Shown piece by piece: positions 17,855 through 27,460 of a DNA stretch of 62,121 bases (its first letter is position 1; every line of letters starts with the position of its first letter). Location: positions 1 through 62,121 of the forward strand of contig JAPSGB010000028.1 of the NCBI GenBank assembly GCA_035063585.1. The letters run 5' to 3'. This stretch comes from Polyangiaceae bacterium (GTDB lineage: Bacteria > Myxococcota_A > Polyangia > Polyangiales > Polyangiaceae). The position numbers and the translations under genes are program-made. Below the pieces are notes generated by a model. It saw nothing but the letters and a program-made list of their open reading frames with translations. It ran no database searches and was not told where the DNA came from.

Positions 17855-18540
17855 GCCTCCGGATCCCGAGCTTCTCGGGTGACGCCGCGCTCGAGCTCGG
17901 AGAGGCCATGCTCACGCAGTCCGAGACGCAGGCCGCCGCGGATCGCGCGCGCCAGCAGGCCGCGCACTCCGAACGGATGAGCGCGCTCCGCGACGAAGAG
18001 AGCAAGCTGCGTGAAGGGGCGTCCGCCACGCGCACCGGCGCGTGGGTGTCCGGCAGCCTGTCGATGGCGGGCGGGGCGATGCAGGTCGCCGGGAGCGTGC
18101 AGAGCGTGGGCGCCGCCGCACGGCACGGCGAGGCCGCGAGCGTGGAGAGCCAGATTGGCGCGGTGCGCGAGCGGACGATGATCCACGGCGACGCGCTCGG
18201 CACGGACCTGGTCTCCGGCCAGCTCCAGGCCACGCGCGAGACGAACGCGGCGAGCGTCGAGCTCGCGCGCGCCTACGCGCAGCGGACCAGCGCGGTCGGC
18301 GGCGCGCTCGGCGGGCTCGCGGCGCCCGCGAAGGGGCTCTTCGGCGACGCGCCGGCCGCCGACGCCCAGGCCGCCGCGGCCGGCGCGCGGCGCCGCGCCG
18401 AGGACGCCGCGTCCCGCGAGGACGACGCCAAGAGCCACGCGCAGAAGGCAGACCGCGACGCCGACCGCGCCATCGATCTCATGCGCGACTACCTGAGCAA
18501 GCAGAACGAAGCGGCGAGCAAGCTCGTGGAGCGCATGTGA
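17851..18540 (+). CDS. Putative T3SS minor translocator-like protein (SctB: YopD/EspB/SseD-like)
   Basis: GTGA overlap with GGAGG RBS; coiled coil, then one hydrophobic segment (GAWVSGSLSMAGGAMQVAG) and an amphipathic C-terminal helix (AIDLMRDYLSKQNEAASKLVERM). Confidence 0.6.
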   Translation: MSLRIPSFSGDAALELGEAMLTQSETQAAADRARQQAAHSERMSALRDEESKLREGASATRTGAWVSGSLSMAGGAMQVAGSVQSVGAAARHGEAASVESQIGAVRERTMIHGDALGTDLVSGQLQATRETNAASVELARAYAQRTSAVGGALGGLAAPAKGLFGDAPAADAQAAAAGARRRAEDAASREDDAKSHAQKADRDADRAIDLMRDYLSKQNEAASKLVERM

Positions 18541-18849
18541 CGCCGCCTGCGCGCGCGGCCTCCCTGACTCGGGGCAGCGCGCGCGAGGTTCGAGCCGCTC
18601 GCGCCATGGCGGCCGTGTGAGGCCGCGCAAGCTCCTCGCCCGCGAGCGGCCTCGTGAGCGCGCGCGCCGCGGTATCATTACAGTGTGTCCGCAATTATTG
18701 TGGCCGCCGCGCGCCTCGCGAGCGCTTTGCTTGGGCTGGCCGCCGGGCCGGGCCAGGTTCCGCGCCGGGCCGACACCCCCACGAGGGCCTCCCCGAGAAT
18801 GCTCCTTGCGCGAGGCGAGGAAAGCGACTAGTTATCGCGTCCCTTTACG

Positions 18850-19161
18850 ATGAAAGCTGCAGTCATCCGCACAGGCGGCAAGCAATACCGCGTGGCCGAG
18901 GGCGACACCATCGAGGTGGAGAAGCTCGCGGGCGCGCCGGGCGACAAGGTCGAGTTCGGCGAGGTCCTGATGCTCACCGGCGACGCGCCGAAGGTCGGCA
19001 AGCCGACGGTTCCGGGCGCGAAGGTCGCGGGCGAGATCCTCGGTCAGGATCGCGGCGAGAAGATCATCGTGTTCAAGTTCCGGCGTCGCAAGCGGAGCCG
19101 GCGCAAGATGGGTCACCGCCAGTCGTACACGGCGGTCAAGATCACCGGGATCACGGGTTAG
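18850..19161 (+). CDS. rplU: 50S ribosomal protein L21
   Basis: [12 protein letters not shown]...[16 protein letters not shown]. Confidence 0.98.
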   Translation: MKAAVIRTGGKQYRVAEGDTIEVEKLAGAPGDKVEFGEVLMLTGDAPKVGKPTVPGAKVAGEILGQDRGEKIIVFKFRRRKRSRRKMGHRQSYTAVKITGITG

Positions 19162-19163
19162 CG

Positions 19164-19442
19164 ATGGCACACAAGAAGGGTGGCGGCTCGAGCCGCAACG
19201 GTCGTGGGTCGAACGCGCAGTTCCGCGGCGTGAAGGTGTACGGCGGCGAGGCCGTGCGCGCCGGCGGCATCCTGGTTCGCCAGGTCGGGCAGACGATCGA
19301 TCCGGGTCGCAACGTCGGCGTCGGCCGCGACTTCACGCTGTTCGCCCTGGTGGACGGCATCGTCGCTTACGAGCACTCGAGCCGCACCAAGAAGCGCGTC
19401 TCGGTGTACCCCGAAGGCGCCACGCAGCCCGCGTCGCACTGA
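19164..19442 (+). CDS. rpmA: 50S ribosomal protein L27
   Basis: [14 protein letters not shown]...GVK..GG..V.AG.ILVRQ; follows rplU. Confidence 0.98.
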   Translation: MAHKKGGGSSRNGRGSNAQFRGVKVYGGEAVRAGGILVRQVGQTIDPGRNVGVGRDFTLFALVDGIVAYEHSSRTKKRVSVYPEGATQPASH

Positions 19443-19452
19443 GCGCGCCGCT

Positions 19453-20292
19453 CTGACCGCCTACAAGCTCCTCGTCACCGATCTCGACGGGACGCTGCTC
19501 GACCCGAACGGGCGGGTCCACGGTGAAGACGCCCGCGCCATCGCCGCGCTCCGTGAGCGCGGCGTCGGTGTTTCCATCTGCACCGGCCGGATGTACTCGG
19601 GGACGCGGCACATCGCGCGCCAGCTCGCGCTCGCCGAGCCGATCGCGTGCGTGGACGGCAGCCACATCGTCGACGCCGGCGATGATCGCGCGCTCGTCAC
19701 CCGCACCATCCACGCGGGCGCCGGCGCGGCGCTGCTCCGCCTGCTCGAGGAGGCGCGCGCCGCGACCTTCGTGTTCGCGGGCGACCAGGTGTTCCACGAT
19801 CGCGCGGGGACGCGCTTCGTGAGCTACGTGAGCCTGTGGTCCGAGCAGGTGGTCGAGCTCGGCGACGTGCACGACCCGGCGCATTTCGACCGCCAGGGGA
19901 TGTGCGCGCTGGTGTCGCTCGGCAGCGAGGACGGGATCCGGGACGCCGAGCGCGCGATCGCGAGCGCGCATGGCGGGGAGCTCCAGACCACCAGCTTCAA
20001 GCTGCGGCGCGCCGGCTTCTCGAGCACCTGGGGCATGGTGGTGCGGGCGTTCGGCGTCACCAAGGGCACGGCCATCGAGTGGATGGCGGCCCGGCGCGGA
20101 ATCACCGTGAGCGAGGTGGTCGCGGTCGGCGACTGGCTGAACGACATCCCGATGCTGCGCGCGGCGGGCCGCTCGTTCGCGATGAAGCAGGCCCCTGATG
20201 AGGTCCGCGCCGCGGCGACGGACCTCCTCGACGCGGACACCTGGCGCGGCGGCGGTATCGCTGAGGCGGCGCGGCGGAGCGGCCTGCTCTGA
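19453..20292 (+). CDS. Cof-type HAD-IIB hydrolase
   Basis: The in-frame extension upstream of ATG 19591 contains YKLLVTDLDGTLL (motif I); also CTGR, KG, and GDWLNDIPML. Only CTG 19453 can serve as the start. Confidence 0.9.
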   Translation: MTAYKLLVTDLDGTLLDPNGRVHGEDARAIAALRERGVGVSICTGRMYSGTRHIARQLALAEPIACVDGSHIVDAGDDRALVTRTIHAGAGAALLRLLEEARAATFVFAGDQVFHDRAGTRFVSYVSLWSEQVVELGDVHDPAHFDRQGMCALVSLGSEDGIRDAERAIASAHGGELQTTSFKLRRAGFSSTWGMVVRAFGVTKGTAIEWMAARRGITVSEVVAVGDWLNDIPMLRAAGRSFAMKQAPDEVRAAATDLLDADTWRGGGIAEAARRSGLL

Positions 20293-20339
20293 CGGAGCGC
20301 GCGCGTTCCGAGCGAAGAGAAGGTCCGTGAACCCGCAGC

Positions 20340-20966
20340 GTGCGCGTGGCATGCTTGCCGCCCGTGCCGGAAGTCCATCGAGCGAGCGGGGCGCCGCGGA
20401 GGCCCGTCTATCTCGTGCTCGCGCTGCTCGCGATGTGGCTCGTCGGCATGAACCAGGCGGCGGAGGGCTACATCGCGATCCGCGCCATCCACGATCCGCT
20501 GAGCGTGCTTCCATCGTCGGTGAGCGGTGAGGTGATGGTGCAGGCCTTCGTCAACGCGATGGGCGCGCACGCGCGGCTCAACCTGCCGATCGGCATCGCG
20601 CAGCTCCTGCTCGGAGCCGGGCTGATGCTGGTGGCGATGAAGGCGCTCATTGCGCGGCGCGTGTCGCTCTCGTTCGCGCTCCAGATGCTGCTCGCCAACG
20701 GGCTGCTGCTGGCGGTGAGCTACGCGCTGCGCGTCCCAGTGCGAGGCGCGATCGTCGACCAGGTGGTCGCGGGCGGTCTCGGTCCGCCTCCGAGCGGAGT
20801 CTCCGCCGAGGAGTTCGCGAGGGTCGCGCGGGTGCAGCTCTGGTGGTCGTTCCGGATCGCGCTTGGGCTGGAGCTCGCCACCGCGGCGCTCTCGGCGTTC
20901 GCGCTCACCCGTCGCGCTGCGCGCGCGCTGCTCGCGCCCACGGAGCCGAGCAGAGGGGAGTCGTGA
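20340..20966 (+). CDS. Hypothetical membrane protein (about 4 TM)
   Basis: Hydrophobic segments; GTGA overlap with mutL; start uncertain. Confidence 0.7.
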   Translation: MRVACLPPVPEVHRASGAPRRPVYLVLALLAMWLVGMNQAAEGYIAIRAIHDPLSVLPSSVSGEVMVQAFVNAMGAHARLNLPIGIAQLLLGAGLMLVAMKALIARRVSLSFALQMLLANGLLLAVSYALRVPVRGAIVDQVVAGGLGPPPSGVSAEEFARVARVQLWWSFRIALGLELATAALSAFALTRRAARALLAPTEPSRGES

Positions 20967-22867
20967 GCGGCGGGGTGCGGGTCCTGCCGCCGGAGCTCGC
21001 CAGCAGGATCGCGGCCGGCGAGGTCGTCGAGCGGCCGTCGAGCGCGGTGAAGGAGCTCATCGAGAACGCGGTCGACGCCGGCGCGACGCGCTGTGACGTG
21101 TCCATCGCGGGCGGCGGGATCACGAGCATCGTGGTGCGCGACGACGGCGAGGGCATGAGCGAGCCGGACGCGCGGCTCAGCGTCGAACGACACGCGACCA
21201 GCAAGCTCCGCGTATTCGACGATCTCTCACGGCTCGAGAGCTACGGATTTCGCGGCGAGGCGCTGCCCAGCATCGCCAGCGTGAGCCGGCTGCGTGTGCA
21301 GACGCGGCGGCGTGACGACGAGGCCGGCGTCGAGGTGTTCGTTGAGGGCGGCGCGCCGAGCGTGGTCCGCGCGATCGGGCGGGCGGTCGGCACCACGGTG
21401 ACCGTGTCGGATCTCTTCTACAACGTGCCGGCGCGACGAAAATTCCTGCGCTCGAGCGGCACCGAGTCGGGCCACGTCGGCGAGGTGCTCGAGGGCGCCG
21501 CGCTCGCCCGCCCGACGCTGAGCTTCACCCTCGAACGCGACGGGCGGAAGGTGCGCGAGTGGCTGCGCGCGCCGGATCGCGAGGGGCGCGTTCACCAGCT
21601 CTTGCCGGAGGAGGAGCTCACCCTCTGTCGCGGGGAGCGCGGCCCGCTCGCGGTAGAGGCGTGGCTCACGCGGCCGGAGCGGGCGCGGAGCGGGGCGGCC
21701 GGCCTCAGGCTCATGGTGAACGGGCGCCCGGTGCGTGATCGCGCCGTGGTGACGGCGGTGGCGCAGGCCTACGGGAGCGTGCTCGAGCGCGGCCGCTACC
21801 CGCGCGGGGTCGTGTATCTCGACCTGCCGGCGTCGCTCCTCGACGTGAACGTGCACCCGCAGAAGTCCGAGGTGCGCTTCGCGGACGCGCGCGCGGTCAC
21901 CGACGCGGTGTACGGGATCGTGTCGCGCGCGCTGGCGAGCGCGTTCTCGCTGCCCATCCCGTCGCGCGCGTCGTGGGGCCGCGGCGCTGCGCCAGCGGTG
22001 GACGTCCGCGGGTGGCGCCGGAGCGAGCGCGACCCCGTCGATGAGCGTGAGCGCGCTCCAGCGAGCACCGGCGCAGCGCCTCGGGTGTGGCCGCTCGCCG
22101 AGAGCGGTCCGCGGGGTTCCGCGCCGCAGGAGAACCAAATCCCCCTCCCCACGACGCGCTCGAGCGCGACAGAGCCCGCAGCGGCGGCTGCGCCTGCGCC
22201 GCGCTCGGTCGCTTCGGGCGCGGACGTCGAGGCGCGGCCTGCGCTCGGCGCGAGCGACGCGGCGCCGCTCCGGCCCGGTCCCGAGTCGAGCTGGAAGAGC
22301 CTCCGCTTCATCGCCCAGGTGAAGCAGACTTACCTCGTCTGCGAAGGCGCGGACGGGCTCTACGTGCTCGACCAGCACGCGGCAGCTGAGCGCGTCACGT
22401 TCCACCGGCTACGCGTCCAGCTCGGCTCGAAGAGCATCGCGTCGCAGGTGCTGATGTTCCCGGTGAACCTCGAGGTCACGCCGCTCGAGGCGGAGCTCTG
22501 CGAGCGGTACGGCGACGAGATCGCGTCCATGGGGCTCGAGGTGCGGGTGCGCGGGGCCGAGAGCGTGAGCGTCCACGCGGTGCCGCAGCTCCTGCAGCGC
22601 GCCAGCCCGGAGCGATTGTTCCGCGATCTGCTCGCCGAGGTGTCGCGGAGCGGCGGGCGGGGATTCTCCGACGCGGTCGATCTCGCGCTCGCCACCATGG
22701 CGTGTCACGGCTCGATCCGCGCCGGCGATCCGCTCTCGCCGGCGGAGGCGAGCGCGCTGCTCGCCGCGCTCGACCAGGCGGATTTCGCCGGTCACTGCCC
22801 CCACGGTCGTCCGGTGGTCACCTTTACGAGCTGGGCCGAGCTCGAGCGCAAGGTCGGCCGGCGGTAG
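20963..22867 (+). CDS. mutL: DNA mismatch repair endonuclease MutL
   Basis: IAAGEVVERP..AVKELIENA.DAGA, HATSK, GFRGEAL, DQHAAAER, ACH, CPHGRP. Confidence 0.97.
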   Translation: MSGGVRVLPPELASRIAAGEVVERPSSAVKELIENAVDAGATRCDVSIAGGGITSIVVRDDGEGMSEPDARLSVERHATSKLRVFDDLSRLESYGFRGEALPSIASVSRLRVQTRRRDDEAGVEVFVEGGAPSVVRAIGRAVGTTVTVSDLFYNVPARRKFLRSSGTESGHVGEVLEGAALARPTLSFTLERDGRKVREWLRAPDREGRVHQLLPEEELTLCRGERGPLAVEAWLTRPERARSGAAGLRLMVNGRPVRDRAVVTAVAQAYGSVLERGRYPRGVVYLDLPASLLDVNVHPQKSEVRFADARAVTDAVYGIVSRALASAFSLPIPSRASWGRGAAPAVDVRGWRRSERDPVDERERAPASTGAAPRVWPLAESGPRGSAPQENQIPLPTTRSSATEPAAAAAPAPRSVASGADVEARPALGASDAAPLRPGPESSWKSLRFIAQVKQTYLVCEGADGLYVLDQHAAAERVTFHRLRVQLGSKSIASQVLMFPVNLEVTPLEAELCERYGDEIASMGLEVRVRGAESVSVHAVPQLLQRASPERLFRDLLAEVSRSGGRGFSDAVDLALATMACHGSIRAGDPLSPAEASALLAALDQADFAGHCPHGRPVVTFTSWAELERKVGRR

Positions 22868-22877
22868 GCGGCGCACG

Positions 22878-23771
22878 ATGTCCGAGCCGCTCCTCGTCGT
22901 GGTCGGCCCGACCGCGGGCGGGAAGACCGAGCTCGCGCTCCGGCTCGCCGAGCGATACGGAGGCGAGATCGTGAGCGCCGACAGCGTGCAGCTCTATCGA
23001 CGCTTCGATGTTGGCTCCGGCAAGCCGACCGCGGAGGAGCGGGCCCGTGCGCCGCATCACCTCATCGACTGGGTCGAACCCGATGCGCCGATGGACGCCG
23101 CGCGCTGGGTCGCCGGAGCGGACGCCGCAATCGCGGAGATCCGGGCGCGCGGCAAGCGCCCGATCGTGTGCGGAGGGACGTTTCTCTGGGTGCGGTCGCT
23201 CATCTGGGGGCTCTCCGGCGCGCCGCCGGCCGACGAACGTGTGCGGGCGCGGCATCGCGAGCGCGCGGAGCGCGAGGGGCGCGCGGCGCTCCACGCCGAG
23301 CTCGCGCGAGTCGATCCGCGAACCGCGGCGCGCCTGGCGCCGAACGATCTGGTCCGCGTGGGCCGCGCGCTCGAGGTCTTCGAGCTCACCGGAACGCCGC
23401 TGAGCGCGTGGCACGACGCCCACGGCCTGCGCGAGCAGCGCTACGCCGCGCGCCTCCTCGGCGTCGAGCGCGCGCGCGATGAGCTCGACCGGCGCATCCA
23501 TGCGCGGGTGGAGCAGATGCTGGCGCGCGGCTGGGTCGAGGAGGTGCGCGCGCTCATCCGCGAGGGCTACGGCGAGGCGCGCGCGATGAGCTCGGTCGGC
23601 TACTTTCAGGTCGCCGAGGCGGTCCAGGGTCGCGCGAGCTCGGAGCCCGCGGCGCTCACCGAGGCGATCTGGCGCGCCACACGGGTGTTCGCGCGGCGGC
23701 AGCGCACCTGGCTGCGAGAGCGCGAGGTCGAGTGGCTCTCGCCCGACATCCGCGAGCTCCCTGGGCTCTGA
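22878..23771 (+). CDS. miaA: tRNA dimethylallyltransferase
   Basis: VGPTAGGKT, SADSVQLYR, PHHLID, GGT, FARRQRTW; conserved mutL-miaA order. Confidence 0.96.
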   Translation: MSEPLLVVVGPTAGGKTELALRLAERYGGEIVSADSVQLYRRFDVGSGKPTAEERARAPHHLIDWVEPDAPMDAARWVAGADAAIAEIRARGKRPIVCGGTFLWVRSLIWGLSGAPPADERVRARHRERAEREGRAALHAELARVDPRTAARLAPNDLVRVGRALEVFELTGTPLSAWHDAHGLREQRYAARLLGVERARDELDRRIHARVEQMLARGWVEEVRALIREGYGEARAMSSVGYFQVAEAVQGRASSEPAALTEAIWRATRVFARRQRTWLREREVEWLSPDIRELPGL

Positions 23772-23832
23772 GGGCTCGGAGCGCGGCGCGCTACGAGTGA
23801 GCCGGGCGGCGAGCGCGCGGCGCCGTCGTCTC

Positions 23833-24792
23833 TCAGCCGCTCCCGAGCTCGAGCGAGGCGTCGAGGAGCTCAGCGAACGTCGCTGGCGCGAAGGACTGCG
23901 CGGCGACCACGAACTCCGACGGGCGCGCATCGCTCGAGAGATTGGGGCGCGCGTAGACCTCGGGGCGGAGCTCGCTCGCAACCGGCGGCGGCGGTGGGGC
24001 GGCGACCACTTCCGCGGCCGCGGACGGCGCCGAGCGCTCGGCCGCTCGCTGGCGATGACGCTCGAGATCCTCGTGAGCCTCCGGCGGCGGCGTGAGGTCG
24101 AGCGAGTAGGCGCCCGAGGAGGCGCGGCTCGGCAGCACGATCTCGAGCTCCTCCGGCTCCGGGGCGCGCGCCGCGGTGACCTCGGAGAGTGGCTCGTCCA
24201 GCTCGAGGGTGGCGTCCGACACCGAGTCGTCGAGATCGATGGTCTGCCCGAGCTGCTCGGTCGTCGGCCGAAGCGGAGGTTCGGAGCCGAGCGCCGCGGC
24301 CGGCGCGGCGGTGATCTGCCGCCCCGACTCGGGCGGCGGCGTCTTCAGCGGCGCCTCCAGATCCGCCTCGAGATCCTCGGAGGCGCCGGCGAGCGCCTCG
24401 ATCATGCTCGACGCGACCTTCGACCGCCGCGACGAGACCGGAGGCTCTTCCTCGTCCCGGTCGAGATCGGAGAAGTCGAGCTCGTCGCGAGCGGCGGGTG
24501 GCGGCGCGGCTGCCGCGGGCTCCTCGATGACCTCAGCCTCGGTGATGTCGACGATCTCGTCGTCGAGCAGCAGATCCTCGCTGACCGGCACCTCCTCTTC
24601 GAAGGGAGCCGGCGCGGGTGTGAGCGCCGCCGACGGCGCCGCGACGGGAGCGGGCGCCGCGACGGGAGCGGGCGCCGCGACGGGAGCGGGCGCCGCGACG
24701 AGCGGCGCGGACGCGGCCCGCGGCAGCGCGGCGTTGCGCTTGATGCGCGAGAGCAGGCTCTGGAGCCGCCCGATCTGGCCCTCGGCGCTCAT
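23833..24792 (-). CDS. Hypothetical acidic Pro/Ala-rich protein
   Basis: Short helical N- and C-termini flank a low-complexity region with APVAAP repeats; coupled to the upstream gene. Confidence 0.7.
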   Translation of the reverse strand: MSAEGQIGRLQSLLSRIKRNAALPRAASAPLVAAPAPVAAPAPVAAPAPVAAPSAALTPAPAPFEEEVPVSEDLLLDDEIVDITEAEVIEEPAAAAPPPAARDELDFSDLDRDEEEPPVSSRRSKVASSMIEALAGASEDLEADLEAPLKTPPPESGRQITAAPAAALGSEPPLRPTTEQLGQTIDLDDSVSDATLELDEPLSEVTAARAPEPEELEIVLPSRASSGAYSLDLTPPPEAHEDLERHRQRAAERSAPSAAAEVVAAPPPPPVASELRPEVYARPNLSSDARPSEFVVAAQSFAPATFAELLDASLELGSG

Positions 24793-25331
24793 GATGAGGC
24801 ACCTCCGTGCAGCTTGGCGAGCGAGGCCCCCCAGTCCTCCCCAGCCGCGAGCCAGTCGCGCACCTTGCCCGCCGCGGCCTCGCTCGCGACGAGCAGCCGC
24901 GCGCTGTCCGCCTCACGCATGAGGGGCACGATGCTGACCGTCCGGCGGAGCCCGCGCTGCAGCGCGCCCTCGTAAATCGCGGCGAGGAGCCCGTCGCCGG
25001 ACGCGCCGAGCGGCGAGCCCGTGATCACCAAGATCAGGGCGCGCCCCCAGCGCTCGAAGGCGAGCGACCCGAGCCCGAGGAGCGCGGCCTCACCGCCGAG
25101 GTGCTCCACCACCGATTCAGGGCTCGCGCCTTCGCCGAAGCGCTCCGCGGCGCGTCGGCCGAGCTCGGTGCCGAGCCGTCTCCCAAAGTCGCGCGCGGCC
25201 TCCGGGCCCGCCGAGTCGAGGAGCGGCAAGAGCGCGTCCGAGGGGACCAGGACGCGCGGGACCGGCCCGTCGAGCTGGATCCGCCCCCGGCCCATATCGA
25301 ATTTTACGGCTTGCGACGGGTCGAAACGCAT
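24789..25331 (-). CDS. Hypothetical protein, possible V4R/Bet3-like fold
   Basis: RVLVPSDAL...AARDFGRRLGTELG...LLGLG pattern resembles V4R-type domains. Confidence 0.55.
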   Translation of the reverse strand: MRFDPSQAVKFDMGRGRIQLDGPVPRVLVPSDALLPLLDSAGPEAARDFGRRLGTELGRRAAERFGEGASPESVVEHLGGEAALLGLGSLAFERWGRALILVITGSPLGASGDGLLAAIYEGALQRGLRRTVSIVPLMREADSARLLVASEAAAGKVRDWLAAGEDWGASLAKLHGGASS

Positions 25332-25411
25332 GATGAGGGGTCGCCTCTTCGCCCTCCCGGAGACGCCGCCCGGGTGTGCCAGTATAGGTCGGCTCGTGGG
25401 CGAAGTGTCAA

Positions 25412-26806
25412 ATGACGGTCAAGAATCGGATCCTCACCGCCGCCGCCGTCACGCTCGTGCTCTCGTCCGGGGCAAGCCCCGCGCGCGCCGGCAAGCCGAC
25501 CCGGAAGGTCTTCGAGCCCGGGCTGCTCTGGGGAGTCCCCGCCTCTCCGGAGCCTGCCCCGGTCGAGCGCGACCCCTGGCTCCCGACCGGCCCGGCCCTC
25601 CCATCACCCATCGCGCGGCCGCCCGCGGAGGCGGAGCCGCCCGCTTGCTCGGACCGGGTGCCGGTCTGCGTTCACCGAGCCGCCGGCGTGAGCGACGCCG
25701 CCGCGCTCACCGCGCTCGCGGCGCTCGAGACGGCCTATGTGCGGCTCGTCGTCGCGCTCCGTCTGCCGGCGCCGCTCCCCGATCGCGGGCTCGGAGGCAC
25801 AGATGCCCTCGATCTCTACCTCTCGGCGCGTTCTGCGCCGCTCGCGACCGGCCACGACGCGCCCGCGCTCATCGGCTTCGACGCCGCGCCGGCGTTCTGC
25901 GCCCTGGGCGACGACACCCTCATCGAGCGCGACGCGACGCTCTGCGTCGCCGAGGCGATCACCTGGCGGCTCGCGCCTGCGACCACACCGTTCCTTCGCC
26001 GCGCCTACGCCGCGCACCTCTGGCGAGCGGTGGGCGCACCGACCTCCCGGGACGCCGACGCGCTCGATCTCCTCCAGGCGAGCCCCGAGCGAGGGATCGC
26101 GGGCGGCGCGTCGAACGACCTCGCCGAGGGCGCGGCCCTCTTCGCAGACTACCTCGAGGCTCACGGCGACGGCGCGCCCGGTCGGCTGACGACCGCGCTC
26201 GTCGCCGCCGCAGCGACGCAGACGCCGCCCCGCGCCTTCGAGTGGGACGACGACCCGGATCTCTTCGACGTCCTGCGCCACAACTTCGACGGCGACACGC
26301 GAAGGATGGCCGACATGCTCGGTGACTTCGCGGTGACGCGCGCGTTCATCGGCGATCGCGGCGACGGCAGCCTGCTGCCCGAGCTCGACTTCGCCGGCCC
26401 CTTTGCCCGCGTGCGCTTCGACTGGCGCGTGCCGCTGTCCTCGCTGCCGCGCAACCTCGCCTCGGTCCGCCCCATCTCACCGACCGGCAGCATCTACCTG
26501 TGGGTCGACATCGATCGCGCGAGCGCCGACCGGACCTTCGCGTTCCACGCGGAGTGGGAGCCGCCCGTCACGTTCAAGTGGATCTTGCTGAAGGTCGGCA
26601 AGGGCGGCGAGGAGCTCGCGCGCTACGACGTCACCTTCGAAGATCACGCGACGGTCGCCGAGCGGCGCATCAGCGAGCTCGAGGGCGCCGCCGGCATCCT
26701 GATCGTCGGCACCAACCTCGGCGGGGTCGATCTCCTCCACCCGTTCGACCCCGACGTCGCGCCCTACGAGCCGCACGCATGCAGCGTGTACCTCGTCATG
26801 CTCTGA
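25412..26806 (+). CDS. Hypothetical secreted protein
   Basis: Signal peptide ending ARA; 464-aa ORF with host-like codon usage. Confidence 0.75.
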   Translation: MTVKNRILTAAAVTLVLSSGASPARAGKPTRKVFEPGLLWGVPASPEPAPVERDPWLPTGPALPSPIARPPAEAEPPACSDRVPVCVHRAAGVSDAAALTALAALETAYVRLVVALRLPAPLPDRGLGGTDALDLYLSARSAPLATGHDAPALIGFDAAPAFCALGDDTLIERDATLCVAEAITWRLAPATTPFLRRAYAAHLWRAVGAPTSRDADALDLLQASPERGIAGGASNDLAEGAALFADYLEAHGDGAPGRLTTALVAAAATQTPPRAFEWDDDPDLFDVLRHNFDGDTRRMADMLGDFAVTRAFIGDRGDGSLLPELDFAGPFARVRFDWRVPLSSLPRNLASVRPISPTGSIYLWVDIDRASADRTFAFHAEWEPPVTFKWILLKVGKGGEELARYDVTFEDHATVAERRISELEGAAGILIVGTNLGGVDLLHPFDPDVAPYEPHACSVYLVML

Positions 26807-26857
26807 GCGACCGTCGATGAGGGTGTCGGAGCGGCGCGGCCGGCGGCGCGAGGCGCC

Positions 26858-27427
26858 TCACCCGAAGCTCGCCGACCTCGCGCCGGAGCTCCCCCCGAGC
26901 TCGACGTTCTTTGCAGTCTCGAGCAGCTTGAAGATGCGCGCCTCGGTCGGGAAGCGGAGCGCGATGAGGAGCGCCGCGACCAGCATGAACGGCACCGCGA
27001 AGCTGACCGGAAAACCGAGCGCTCGAACCACCACGCCCAAGATGGCGATCGACTCGGCGAACGCCAAGCTGAGGATGAACGGCGTCAGAAAGAGCCGATG
27101 GGCGAGGCTCCGCGCCGCCTCGAGGTCGGCGGGGACCCTCCGCGTCGAGCCGGCGTCACGATAGAAACCGACGGGGATGTCCGTGGAGACCGACTCGGTG
27201 ACGACCTCGAGCTTCACGTTGGCGGCCAGGCGCCGGTAGTTGGCGGCGGGTATGACGAACGAGGCGACCGCGTCCGCGAGCGCGACCGCAACCAGGATCC
27301 AGAGCAACGACGCTTCCGGCGGGGCCGCGACCTCCACCAACAGGAGCTGGGCGACCCCGAGCAAGCCGAGCGATGACATCAGCAAGGAAGCCCAGATGAT
27401 GCGGGGGATCTGGAGCTTGGGCGGCAT
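26858..27427 (-). CDS. Hypothetical membrane protein (4 TM)
   Basis: Four hydrophobic segments; AFAESIAILG...FP motif. Confidence 0.75.
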   Translation of the reverse strand: MPPKLQIPRIIWASLLMSSLGLLGVAQLLLVEVAAPPEASLLWILVAVALADAVASFVIPAANYRRLAANVKLEVVTESVSTDIPVGFYRDAGSTRRVPADLEAARSLAHRLFLTPFILSLAFAESIAILGVVVRALGFPVSFAVPFMLVAALLIALRFPTEARIFKLLETAKNVELGGSSGARSASFG

Positions 27428-27460
27428 GGGCTACTGGTTTCCTCGATGCACCGCCCGGCG

